From: a virus
Lineage: Duplodnaviria; Caudoviricetes
Length of the DNA: 64,000 nt
IMG/VR virus record: IMGVR_UViG_2615840613_000003
Location: 1-64,000 of that record
Strand: one strand, 5' to 3'
Shown: one piece after another, positions 49,352 through 58,446 of the stretch
How the letters are laid out: each line of letters opens with the position of its first letter
Position numbering within the stretch: position 1 is the first letter of the stretch
Made by a program: the position numbers and the translations under genes
Notes under the pieces: model-generated
Told to the model about the DNA's origin: nothing
Seen by the model: only the letters and a program-made list of their open reading frames with translations
Database searches by the model: none

Positions 49352-50296
49352 TCAGAGCGCGAAGCCCCAGAGACCGTTCTCGGACTTCAGATAAGGTTCG
49401 AGGTCTGCCCATCGCTGCGCGCCAAATGCTTGACGCAGCGTCTTCGCGCTGGAATGGGCATGATCAAGGAGTTCCCGAGCGCTGAAGCGTCGGCCGTCCT
49501 GGTGTCCCTCAACCAGCTTGCGAATGATGGCGATATGGATGTCCGACTTGAGATCAATCGTGACGTTGCCATGGATGGTGAGTCGCTGCCCGCTCGGTGA
49601 GAGGGACAGGGGCGTATGAGGGCTGACAGCGGGTGTGCCATCGAGAGGTGCCGATAGGATTTCAGGGCTGACCGCCATTCCGTCATCGAAATCGATGGCA
49701 TCGCCGATTTACACGACGAGGTGCCCCGGCAGCCCCGGTTCATGGAGCCGACCACTGGGCGTGCTGGTCAAGAGAATGCGGACATGGGGTGTTGGTCGCC
49801 TTCGGGCCGCATCAGCCACATCTGCCCAAATCCTCCGGTCCGAAAGGCGGCGCGCGAACCAGATCGGGACCCGCTGCGGGCGACGGCCGATGCGCGCGTC
49901 GCCAAGCTCCCACAAAGCTCGTGGAACGAGCGCTCTGGCACCGCCACGGGACGCAATGTCCAGCCCGACCAGCAAGCGGGCGAAAAGGACCGGGAAGTCC
50001 ACCCCGTAGACTCCCATCCGCTCTTTCGGGACATCGACCCAGCCAGCAGACGGGCTGAAGTATCCGTAGCCGTTCCGTTCCGAGGACCAGGACAGGGAAA
50101 CCGGCTCGTCTTCGAAATCAGCCAGTGAGGCGGCCGCCGCGTTATGGCCATCGGGACGCAGCACATTCGCCGCCAGCAATTTCTCCGCGCTGTTGGCGTG
50201 ATAGTCGGAGAGCACGGCGCCGGCGACTTTGGCATCCGCGCTCTCCACGATTGAGAGGAGCAGATCAACCGCCCTCCGATCAATCGACAACGACAC
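49352..50296 (-). pseudogene. 314-codon hypothetical gene with an in-frame TAA at 49709-49711
   Basis: ORFs 49709-50296 and 49352-49678 are in the same frame and joined by HLVV*IGDAIDFDDGM. Confidence 0.7.
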
Positions 50297-51467
50297 CGCC
50301 GTCTCCGGAAAGGATGCCCCAGCGCCGGAGATACTTTTCGCCGATCAGCTGCTCCTCTTCGGTCTGGTCCTTGAGATTGCAGCCATGCGGCATCGTGATC
50401 GTCAACGGCAGCGTCCGACCGCGCTTGGCATCGCCCTTGGGATGGAACTTGATGGAGAGTTTGGCCTGCGTCGCCACCCAACCGCCGGCCAGCGGATCAT
50501 TGGCGCCGAACCGCTCCGCCGACATGCTCCAGATGGTGCGGTCGGCCTTCCGGAGACATTCCAGCGTGACGCGCTCGCCGACATTGTCGATGGGCATCAG
50601 GCGCAGCTGCTTGACCTCGACGGACTCGATCCCGTCCTCCGGATCGGTCGGAAAGTCGAAAGGATGAACCAGAACCGCGAGGTCGTAGGTGCGGAAGGGC
50701 ACCTTTTCGCTCTGGAACTCGATCCCCAGCAGGTCGCGCGCCATGAAGCGAACCATCTCCTCGCGGCTCTCGCGGTCGTTGGCGACGACCTCGATGACCC
50801 CGGTCGCCGGCTCGTAGGTCATGGCCGCTTCAAACACGGGACGGCGAGCGCGGCGGACGAGCGTCCCCGCGTCATCGAACGCCAGGAAATCGTCGAGAAG
50901 GCCTTCGCGGTAAATCGCGATCTGGACAAGCTCGCAATCCTCGCCGTCGAAGGTCGGTCGGTAGCGCCCGAAAATATCGATGTGGATGTTGTTGGAAGCG
51001 AACCGTTCGCGCAGCGCCGCCTTGAAGGCATTGATGGATGCCTCGTCCCGCCGCAGATCGAGGTTAGGCTCGCCGATGAACCCGTCCCAGCTCCGACCAC
51101 GGCGCCGCTCATCGGTGTAACGGACCTCCTAGGCATGGCGGAACCGAACCGGTTCGTTCAGGAACATCCAGAGCGCACGCGCATGGCCATTTGCCAGATC
51201 ATCGAGCACCGTGCGGTCGTCGATCACGCTGTAGAGTGCGGTCTGCCCCGCATCATCGGCCAGGGCGCTCACCCGCTCGGCGTCATTGACGATGCGGGCG
51301 CGGGCTTCGTCGTCCAATTCGTCGACGGCCCGCAAAGTGACGCGGGCGACTTCCGGCTCGGGCGCCTCCCAATCGACCTCGGTCGGAAGCTCGATGCCGG
51401 TGTGGTGGAAATAGGCCTGCAGCGACGAGGCAGGCATGTTGCGGATGAAACTCGTCACTGAGGCCAT
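50280..51467 (-). pseudogene. 395-codon hypothetical gene with an in-frame TAG at 51129-51131
   Basis: ORFs 51129-51467 and 50280-50837 are in frame; after RHA* the frame stays open (EVRYTDERRRGRSW...). Confidence 0.75.
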
Positions 51468-51479
51468 GATCGGTTCTCC

Positions 51480-51719
51480 TTAGCCCTTGATGTTGCGGGG
51501 GTCGTTCCCGTGGGAATCGGACTGGCCGATCCGGCCGTCCTGGTTGTGGATCTTGAACTCCGTCCCTGCGTTGCGGCTGATCTCCCGCCCACGGTCGATC
51601 GCCTCCCGCTTCGTGTCGAAGTGTCCGCTGGCGCGCTCGGCGCCGCCGCGGCGGACGTCCCATCCTCCACTGGGATTGGGGACCACGTGATGGGTGCCCG
51701 ATCCTTTGCCCTTGGCCAT
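51480..51719 (-). CDS. DUF2188 protein
   Basis: HHVVPNPSGGWDVRRGGAERASGHFDTKREAI...IHNQDGRI...SHGNDP. Confidence 0.88.
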   Translation of the reverse strand: MAKGKGSGTHHVVPNPSGGWDVRRGGAERASGHFDTKREAIDRGREISRNAGTEFKIHNQDGRIGQSDSHGNDPRNIKG

Positions 51720-51784
51720 GAGTGTCTTCTCCGTTTCATGGATCGATGCGCGACCATCGCAGCCGCGACTCCCAGCTTGCCATC

Positions 51785-51815
51785 ATATGTCCGAAAATAT
51801 GTCCGAAAATCGGAC
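51785..51815. promoter_or_regulatory. Candidate operator between divergent genes
   Basis: Tandem ATGTCCGAAAAT x2 (51787-51810) merging into the palindrome GTCCGA-AAA-TCGGAC (51801-51815). Confidence 0.6.
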
Positions 51816-51916
51816 GATCAAGGAAAAAATTGACGCGAAGAGTTCGATGCGCTATTATCCACCGGTCGACGGCCGTCTGGCCGCCGACAGCTTTTGATTC
51901 ACGTGCCAGGTGACGG

Positions 51917-53158
51917 ATGGGCAAGATGAGCGACGCGGTACAGCTTGGGCTTCGACTGCGGGCAACGCGCGAGCGCCGCGGCCTGAGCCAGCAGGCCGTG
52001 GCGGATGCTCTCGGACTTCCGCGAACGGCCGTTACCAACATGGAATCGGGGAACCGGGCGGTATCGACGCTGGAGCTCACGAAGCTTGCAGCGCTCTACG
52101 GCCAGTCCACGGCGTTCTTTCTATCCCCGAACGAGGAAGCGGAGGACCTGTCGATAGTCCTCCATCGGGCGCTGCCGGAGATGGCCGGGTCGCCCGAGAT
52201 CGACCAGGAGGTACGCCACATCCTCGACCTCTATCGGGAAGGCGCCGGACTCCGGGGCCTACTTGGTCAGGCGATCGAGCTCACCGTGCCCAACTATGCC
52301 GCCCGACTGTCCTCGGTTGGCGACGCGATACGGCAAGGCGAGGCCGTTGCGAAGGAGGAGCGGCGGCGTCTCGGTCTCGGCATCGCTCCGATTGTCAACA
52401 TGGCAGAGACGATCAGCGAGCAAGGGATCTGGACGGCCGCAACCGATCTGCCGGACGGCCTTTCCGGACTGTTCGTGAACCATCCGTCGATCGGCCTTGC
52501 GATCCTCGTAAACGTTCAGCATTGGCCCGTTCGACGGCGCTTTTCCTATGCTCACGAGTATGCCCACGCGCTCTTCGATCGCGAGGAGACGGTCACGACC
52601 ACGCGGCGCGAGAATGCCACGGAGCTGGTCGAGAAGCGCGCGAATGCCTTTGCTGCCGCGTTTCTCATGCCGGCTGAAGGCATGCTCGACGAGCTGCGCC
52701 AACTGGACAAGGGGCAGCCGAGCCGGCTGGCTCAGATCATCTTCGACGTGGCTGGAAACAAGGGCATCGAGGCTGAAATCCGCCCCCGTCCCGGATCGCA
52801 GGCGATCACCTATCAGGACGTGGCGTCGCTCGCGCGCCATTTTGGTGTGAGCTATGAGGCCGCCGTCTGGCGCCTGAAGAGCCTCAACCATATCAGCGCG
52901 GCCGAGACTGCAACGCTCATCGATCAGAAGGAGATGGGCAAACGATACATTCGGCTGTTCGGGTTCTTCGACCTGCTCGACGAAGGAGAGGCTCCCCCGC
53001 CACCGGAGCAGGAACTGCGCAGCCAATTGATGCGGCTCGCCATCGAGGCATACCGTCAGGATGAGATTTCGCGCGGTCGTCTCCTTGAGCTCGCCAGAAA
53101 ACTCGACGTCGACGGTGCCGAGCTCCTTGAGCTCGCGGATGCGACGCGGACGGACTGA
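51917..53158 (+). CDS. XRE HTH + ImmA/IrrE (M78) zinc metallopeptidase
   Basis: RLRATRERRGLSQQAVA HTH; RRRFSYAHEYAH (HExxH); EKRANAFAAAFLMP. Confidence 0.92.
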   Translation: MGKMSDAVQLGLRLRATRERRGLSQQAVADALGLPRTAVTNMESGNRAVSTLELTKLAALYGQSTAFFLSPNEEAEDLSIVLHRALPEMAGSPEIDQEVRHILDLYREGAGLRGLLGQAIELTVPNYAARLSSVGDAIRQGEAVAKEERRRLGLGIAPIVNMAETISEQGIWTAATDLPDGLSGLFVNHPSIGLAILVNVQHWPVRRRFSYAHEYAHALFDREETVTTTRRENATELVEKRANAFAAAFLMPAEGMLDELRQLDKGQPSRLAQIIFDVAGNKGIEAEIRPRPGSQAITYQDVASLARHFGVSYEAAVWRLKSLNHISAAETATLIDQKEMGKRYIRLFGFFDLLDEGEAPPPPEQELRSQLMRLAIEAYRQDEISRGRLLELARKLDVDGAELLELADATRTD

Positions 53159-53173
53159 TGGCGAGAACAGCAC

Positions 53174-53692
53174 ATGGGATCGGCGATCGTTGTTGCGGAC
53201 ACATCCGTCATCATCAACTTCCTGCGGATCGACCGCATGGATCTGATCGGTTCGCATCCCAGCCCGTTCATCGTGACGGACCATGTGGCGGACGAGATCG
53301 CCGACTCCTACCCTGAGCAGCAGGCGCGCTTTCACGCGGCTCTTGGGAGCGGCCACATCACGCAACACCGTATCGATGATCCCGCCGAGATGGAGATTTT
53401 TTTACGTCTCTCCATCCGAGGACGACTGGGTGCAGGCGAGCGTTCTGCCATCGCCGTGGCGCTCAACAGGGGGTGCGCGCTGGCGATCGATGATGCACGT
53501 GCGATTCGACGGGCGATCGACGAGGCAGGCATCGCCGGCAGTCCGTTGACGATTCTCCGGACACAAGACGTGATCGTCCAACTGATAAGGGCCAAGTTGT
53601 TGGAGATCGGGGCAGCTGACGCGCTCAAGGAAGACTGGCATCTCAATCACAGATTCACGATCCGGATCGGGTCGTTTGCCGAGCTGCTGTAG
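53174..53692 (+). CDS. PIN-domain protein (putative RNase toxin)
   Basis: VVADTSVIINF, VADE, LGAGERSAIAVA and LAIDD. Confidence 0.82.
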   Translation: MGSAIVVADTSVIINFLRIDRMDLIGSHPSPFIVTDHVADEIADSYPEQQARFHAALGSGHITQHRIDDPAEMEIFLRLSIRGRLGAGERSAIAVALNRGCALAIDDARAIRRAIDEAGIAGSPLTILRTQDVIVQLIRAKLLEIGAADALKEDWHLNHRFTIRIGSFAELL

Positions 53693-53872
53693 CGTATTCT
53701 CATGACCGTTCAATTGGCGGCACCCGTGTTATCACTGACCCTCCACTGGCGTGGGTGAATTGCGCCATTCTTCTAATGATTGCGGAGTATTTCGATAAGT
53801 AACGGATATTTATTGATTATCTGAATTTCACCACTACCGTTTCGCCAGCCATCTTCTGTTGCGAACGGTCTC

Positions 53873-54097
53873 ATGCAAGACGCCCGATCCGGTCCGAACC
53901 CTCTGCTGCCCGCCCGTCTGTCGACGGGCGAACGCCTCGATGAACTCGCGTGCATTCTTGCCGCGGGGCTGAGGCGTATCCTGCCAGAACAGTCCAGTTC
54001 TTTATCTGCACCTGGCGAAGACAGTTCATTCGACATTCTCGCCCTCAAACGCCGTGTTGGTCGTCGCAAACCGAGCAACCGAGTTGGAGGGCAATGA
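53873..54097 (+). CDS. Small hypothetical protein of the recombinase module
   Basis: PNPL...ERLDELACILAAGLRR; stop overlaps the DUF2924 start. Confidence 0.55.
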   Translation: MQDARSGPNPLLPARLSTGERLDELACILAAGLRRILPEQSSSLSAPGEDSSFDILALKRRVGRRKPSNRVGGQ

Positions 54098-54606
54098 TGC
54101 CAGGAACAAAGAGAAAGACTGACGCTGCGCCATGGCAACCGGGCAACCGCGATGCGGCGGAAGCGAGCGTGGTCACGCAGCTTGCAGCGCTGAAGCGAAT
54201 GACGGTGGTCGAGCTGAAGGCGAAGTGGGAAAGCCTCTTCGGCACCCCCGCTCCGAACAACAGCCGCAGTTACCTCGAGCTGAGGCTCGGCTACCGGGTC
54301 CAGGAACTGACCCTCGGCGGCCTGTCCCGCGAGACGCGGCGGACGCTGGACCTGCTGGCCGACGAAATCGAGGGCCGGGTTGGGCGCAAGACGATCATCG
54401 CGGATTCCCGCAACCCGGTGGTCGGCACCCGCCTCGTGCGCGAATGGAACGGGATGGAGCACACCGTCACGGTGATGAAGGACGGCTTCGACTGGCAGGG
54501 GCGCAAGTTCAAGTCGCTGTCGGCGGTGGCGCGGGCGATCACCGGCACGCAGTGGAACGGCTACCGCTTCTTCGGCCTCCGCGAGGCGCGGAGGGACGAC
54601 CGATGA
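54094..54606 (+). CDS. DUF2924 protein
   Basis: ELKAKWESLFG...LGYRVQEL..GGL...GTRLVREWNG...SLSAVARAITGTQWNGYRFFGL. Confidence 0.88.
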   Translation: MMPGTKRKTDAAPWQPGNRDAAEASVVTQLAALKRMTVVELKAKWESLFGTPAPNNSRSYLELRLGYRVQELTLGGLSRETRRTLDLLADEIEGRVGRKTIIADSRNPVVGTRLVREWNGMEHTVTVMKDGFDWQGRKFKSLSAVARAITGTQWNGYRFFGLREARRDDR

Positions 54607-55937
54607 ACCGTCAGGAAGCCGTCGCTATCATGCCGCGCCGCCAGCGCTGCGCCATCTATACCCGAAAGTCGAGCGAGGAAGGGCTCGACATGGAGTTCAA
54701 CAGCCTCGACGCCCAGCGCGAGGCTTGCGAGGCCTTCGTGACGAGCCAGAAGGCGGAAGGCTGGGCCACCATTCGCGAACGCTACGACGATGGCGGCTTC
54801 TCCGGTGGCACGCTGGAACGGCCCAGCCTGAAGCGTCTCATTCAGGACGTCGAAGCCGGTCTGATCGATGTGATCGTGGTCTACAAGATCGACCGGCTGT
54901 CGCGCTCGCTGATGGACTTCGCCAAACTGGTCGAGATCTTCGACCGCAATCAGGTGACCTTCGTGTCGGTCACGCAGTCGTTCAACACCACGACCTCGAT
55001 GGGCCGCCTGACCCTGAACATCCTCCTCAGCTTCGCACAGTTCGAGCGGGAGGTGATCGGCGAGCGCATCCGCGACAAGGTCGCGGCATCCCGCAGGCGC
55101 GGCATGTGGATGGGCGGTCACGTCCCGCTGGGCTACGACGTGCGCGACCGCAAGCTGGTCGTCAACGAAGCGGAAGCCGCGACGGTCCGGATGATCTTCG
55201 AGCGCTTCGTCGCCATCGGCTCCGCCACGACGCTGGCCAAAGCGCTCGCGGCCGAGGGCGTTCTGAACAAGCGCGGCAAGCCGATCGACAAGGGCTTCCT
55301 CTACAAACTGATCAACAACCGGGTCTACCTCGGAGAAGCCGTGCACAAGGGGACTTCCTATCCCGGCGAGCACGAGGCCATCATCGATCAGGCCCTCTGG
55401 GACAAGGTTCACAGCATCCTGCAGGAGAGCCCGCGCCTGCGGGCGAAGAACACCCGCCGCCAGACGCCGGCCCTGCTGAAGGGGATCATCTTCACCGAGA
55501 CGGGCACGGCGATGACGCCGACGGCGACGAAGAAGGGCACGCGCCTCTACCGCTACTATGCGTCGATGGACCTGATCCGAAACCGCCCGACCGGAGACGC
55601 CTCAGGGCCGCTGCGCTTGCCCGCCGGCATGGTCGAGGATGCCGTCGTCGGCGAAATCCGCCGCATGATCCGCGCACCCGAAGTCGCGGCGCGGACCATA
55701 AAGGCCCTTCGCGACGAGAACTCGACCGTCGAAGAGAAGGCGGTCGTCCAGGCGCTCGGCGAGTTCGACCAGCTCTGGGCGGCGCTCTATCCGGCGGAGC
55801 AAACCCGCATCGTCCAGCTTCTGGTCGAGCGGGTGACCGTCGGCGAAGACGGCATTGCCGTCGATCTGCGCCACGACGGGCTGGGCTCGGTCCTGTATGA
55901 CATGATGGCCCCCCGCCAGACGGAGGCCCGCGCATGA
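54603..55937 (+). CDS. Large serine recombinase (integrase candidate)
   Basis: CAIYTRKSS (catalytic Ser), DDGGFSGG, VYKIDRLSRS, FAQFERE and a recombinase domain. Confidence 0.93.
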   Translation: MNRQEAVAIMPRRQRCAIYTRKSSEEGLDMEFNSLDAQREACEAFVTSQKAEGWATIRERYDDGGFSGGTLERPSLKRLIQDVEAGLIDVIVVYKIDRLSRSLMDFAKLVEIFDRNQVTFVSVTQSFNTTTSMGRLTLNILLSFAQFEREVIGERIRDKVAASRRRGMWMGGHVPLGYDVRDRKLVVNEAEAATVRMIFERFVAIGSATTLAKALAAEGVLNKRGKPIDKGFLYKLINNRVYLGEAVHKGTSYPGEHEAIIDQALWDKVHSILQESPRLRAKNTRRQTPALLKGIIFTETGTAMTPTATKKGTRLYRYYASMDLIRNRPTGDASGPLRLPAGMVEDAVVGEIRRMIRAPEVAARTIKALRDENSTVEEKAVVQALGEFDQLWAALYPAEQTRIVQLLVERVTVGEDGIAVDLRHDGLGSVLYDMMAPRQTEARA

Positions 55938-56317
55938 CCGACACGACGAAAACCATCCGCGTCGTCATCCCCCTGACGATCCGCAAACGCAATGGGCGGC
56001 CGAAGATCCTCCCGCCCGACGAGGTGACAGTCCGGGACGGCCGGTCGCAAGACCCTCATGTGCTGCGCGCCATCGCCCGCGCTTGGAACTGGCGGCGGCA
56101 GCTGGAATCCGGTGCCGCTTCCACCATTCAGGATATCGCCGCGGCCGAGAAGGTCTCCGACCGGTTCGTGAGCCGCATGATGCGGCTCGCCTATCTGTCG
56201 CCGGAGGTGCTCGAACACCTCGTCATCAGGCGCGTACCACCGGCGCTTTCGCTGAACGACCTCGTCACAGTTGCCGATCGGCCGTGGGCGGAGCAGATGG
56301 ACATGGTTTTTGACTGA
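55934..56317 (+). CDS. Hypothetical HTH protein coupled to the recombinase
   Basis: ATGA overlap; TIQDIAAAEKVSDRFVSRMMRLAYLSP. Confidence 0.75.
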   Translation: MTDTTKTIRVVIPLTIRKRNGRPKILPPDEVTVRDGRSQDPHVLRAIARAWNWRRQLESGAASTIQDIAAAEKVSDRFVSRMMRLAYLSPEVLEHLVIRRVPPALSLNDLVTVADRPWAEQMDMVFD

Positions 56318-56336
56318 GCGCGCCGGCGCCCTGCCA

Positions 56337-57173
56337 TCAATGGAAGCCTGCCACGAATGCTGTGGCCGTGAGTGTGACGTGGGCATTGAGCGGCGGATAC
56401 AGTTCGAAGGCCCTCGGCTCACGCGAGAAGTTCCAAAGCCGGAACAAGCGCCATTCGGATCGGCGCTCGTCTGCCACCGCAAGCTCATTGCGGGTGATGT
56501 GGAAGGGCGTCCGTTCCCACCCGTTCGTCGTCTTCACCTCGATCAAGCGCGCCTGACCATCTGGCGCGAAACTCGCGATGTCATAGCCTGCGCCATCCCC
56601 GTCCTCCTCGGAAACCCAACGCACCTTCCGCGCCAAGTCATCACGCCCCGCCGACCGTAGCGATGCCCACTCATGCGCCAGAACGCGCTCCTCGCCGGCG
56701 CGGCCGAGGGCGCGGTTGCGCTCGTCCCGGCCTGCCACATCGAACTTCCGAGCGATGTGCAGCATCTGCTCCAGCTCCTGCGGTGGCGGCTGGTTCGACA
56801 GCGTCGGGGGTGGGCCGATCCAGATCGGTGCGGATTCTTCAAGACCCGTCGCCGGGCGCGAGTCTGGCAGACGGCCGAGCCACGCGGGGTTTATTGCCAA
56901 CCACCGTACCACCGCGTCGACGAGCGACATTTGGAAATTGAACGCAGGCTTGTAGCCGGGGATCCAGTCCTCGCCGAGCCCCTTCAGAACCGCGCTGATG
57001 TTCTGGTGCTTGAACTCGATCGATCCCTCCGAACGGCCGTTCAGCAACGGCAGGAGCGTGCGGCGATGCTCCGCCTTGCTGTACGGGCGTCCGAAGACGT
57101 CGTCGGCCAGCATCGCGAAGTAATCCGCGACGATCAGATCGTTCTCCTCATCGGTCCAAGGCTCGCTCGACAT
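56337..57173 (-). CDS. DUF3883 (NO VEIN C-terminal) PD-(D/E)XK nuclease
   Basis: GRAGEERV, GAGYDIASF, LIEVKTT and FHITRNE. Confidence 0.82.
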   Translation of the reverse strand: MSSEPWTDEENDLIVADYFAMLADDVFGRPYSKAEHRRTLLPLLNGRSEGSIEFKHQNISAVLKGLGEDWIPGYKPAFNFQMSLVDAVVRWLAINPAWLGRLPDSRPATGLEESAPIWIGPPPTLSNQPPPQELEQMLHIARKFDVAGRDERNRALGRAGEERVLAHEWASLRSAGRDDLARKVRWVSEEDGDGAGYDIASFAPDGQARLIEVKTTNGWERTPFHITRNELAVADERRSEWRLFRLWNFSREPRAFELYPPLNAHVTLTATAFVAGFH

Positions 57174-57554
57174 TAGGCCAGGCTACTGACGTCGCGGCCA
57201 TTTGTCATCGAAAGTCAAAGAACCATCGGGTCCTTGATCCCCAGCATAACGACGGGCTGCGCACGGCTTCCACCGAATATGCCTACCGCGTGTTTCCCCG
57301 GCGCCCACGCCAACCGGAAGAACGCCCGCTGAATCCACTGTCGAGCGACCTGCGAAACCCGTTGGAAACGCTGGCCTTCGCGAAGCCCAACCGGGCCGGA
57401 CGAGGTTCGCTCGGTTAGAGACGGAGGGCCGTTCAGAGACGGAAATTGGACCCGGCGCCGGTCTCCGAGGTTCGGGCGTCTCGGCTAAACGCCTTTGAAA
57501 CAAAAAGAAAAAGGCCCCCAATGGGAGCCTCATCTCGGGTTTGCACCAAGATAA

Positions 57555-57579
57555 TGGCGGAGGGAGAGGACTCTTCGAC
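57555..57579 (-). other. Degenerate tRNA-Ser-like 3' end (possible att remnant)
   Basis: Minus strand GTCGAAGAGTCCTCTCCCTCCGCCA resembles a tRNA 3' end TTCGAATCCCTCTCCCTCCGCCA. No full cloverleaf. Confidence 0.4.
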
Positions 57580-57784
57580 AAACTCGCTCGAAGTATGCCC
57601 CACATCGCGCCAGCACGCCTTCGTATTCGCAAGTGAATCTTCGCCACCGCAGAAATTCTCTGTTCAAGACAGGGAAGCGCAGTGCCCTGTGTTTGGCGTT
57701 CCCGCCAGTATTACCTTGATAGTGTTTTCCGGCCACGCCTTCGTCGTGTCGCATTCCAACTTGCCAGGACGAAAGGACACGAAA

Positions 57785-58000
57785 ATGAAGGCAACATGCA
57801 TGAACCAACTTGAACTGGCCGTGCGCTGGGGGATCAGCCATCGCACACTTGAGCGGTGGCGTTGGAACGGTGAAGGGCCGAAGTTCCTCAAGGTGGGCGG
57901 CCGGGTGGTCTATCGCCTGTCCGACGTCGAGGAATACGAGCAGTCGATTATCCGTTCCAGCACCTCCGACCCGGGTCACACTCAGCAGGCGGAAGCCTAA
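57785..58000 (+). CDS. AlpA/excisionase-like HTH protein, paralogue of 49041-49250
   Basis: MNQLELAVRWGISHRTLERWRWNGEGPKFLKVGGRVVYRLSDVEEYE. Confidence 0.82.
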   Translation: MKATCMNQLELAVRWGISHRTLERWRWNGEGPKFLKVGGRVVYRLSDVEEYEQSIIRSSTSDPGHTQQAEA

Positions 58001-58016
58001 CAATCCGAGGACGAGC

Positions 58017-58047
58017 AAGGGTCGGCCCCTGTTGGCCGACCCTTTTC
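58017..58047 (+). terminator. Intrinsic terminator
   Basis: AAGGGTCGGCC-CCTGTT-GGCCGACCCTT followed by TT. Confidence 0.65.
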
Positions 58048-58235
58048 CTGGGCCTTCACGTCGCACTGGTCTACCTCTTGCTCCTTCGGCCCATCTTTGG
58101 ATCGGAAAGACGACGTTCAGCTTGCGAGACGGATTCCTGGGTTACGACTTTACCCCTTGCCAACCTTGGAGTGCCCAGAATGGACTAGTTTGCCCTGCGT
58201 TCTCCTGTTATGGTTAGAAAAACAGTGAGGGCTGG

Positions 58236-58436
58236 ATGATGGCGGATACGCCTGACCAGGCCATGACCGTAAGGGACGTGGCAGGTTACCTGAACGTCGA
58301 CGAGAAGACCGTTTACAGGCTCGCCAAGCGCGGGGATCTGCCGGGCTTTAAGGTCGCCGGTGCATGGCGGTTTAAGCGGTCGGACCTCGATAGCTGGATC
58401 GATCAGCAGAAAAAAGCAGCGCAGAACAAGGCGTGA
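58236..58436 (+). CDS. HTH_17/MerR-like regulator heading the RM operon (Mad1-like)
   Basis: MTVRDVAGYLNVDEKTVYRLAKRGDLPGFKVAGAWRF; 10 bp before hsdM. Confidence 0.85.
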   Translation: MMADTPDQAMTVRDVAGYLNVDEKTVYRLAKRGDLPGFKVAGAWRFKRSDLDSWIDQQKKAAQNKA

Positions 58437-58446
58437 GGGGCGGCAC

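Larger units (their letters stand above)
13060..57580 (-). mobile_element. Prophage-like element (lambda-type head, GTA-like tail, serine recombinase), probably decaying; boundaries approximate
   Basis: Contiguous lysis, tail, head, packaging, replication and recombinase modules. A tRNA 3'-like remnant lies at 57555-57579. No left att site was identified. Confidence 0.85.

Noticed and set aside
36588-51131. Stop-codon reassignment or programmed readthrough
   Set aside because: The three internal stops are all different (TGA, TAA, TAG) and the same codons end normal genes here; decay is the simpler explanation.
57530-57640. Intact tRNA gene
   Set aside because: Only a degenerate 3' end is visible; no D arm or anticodon arm could be folded.
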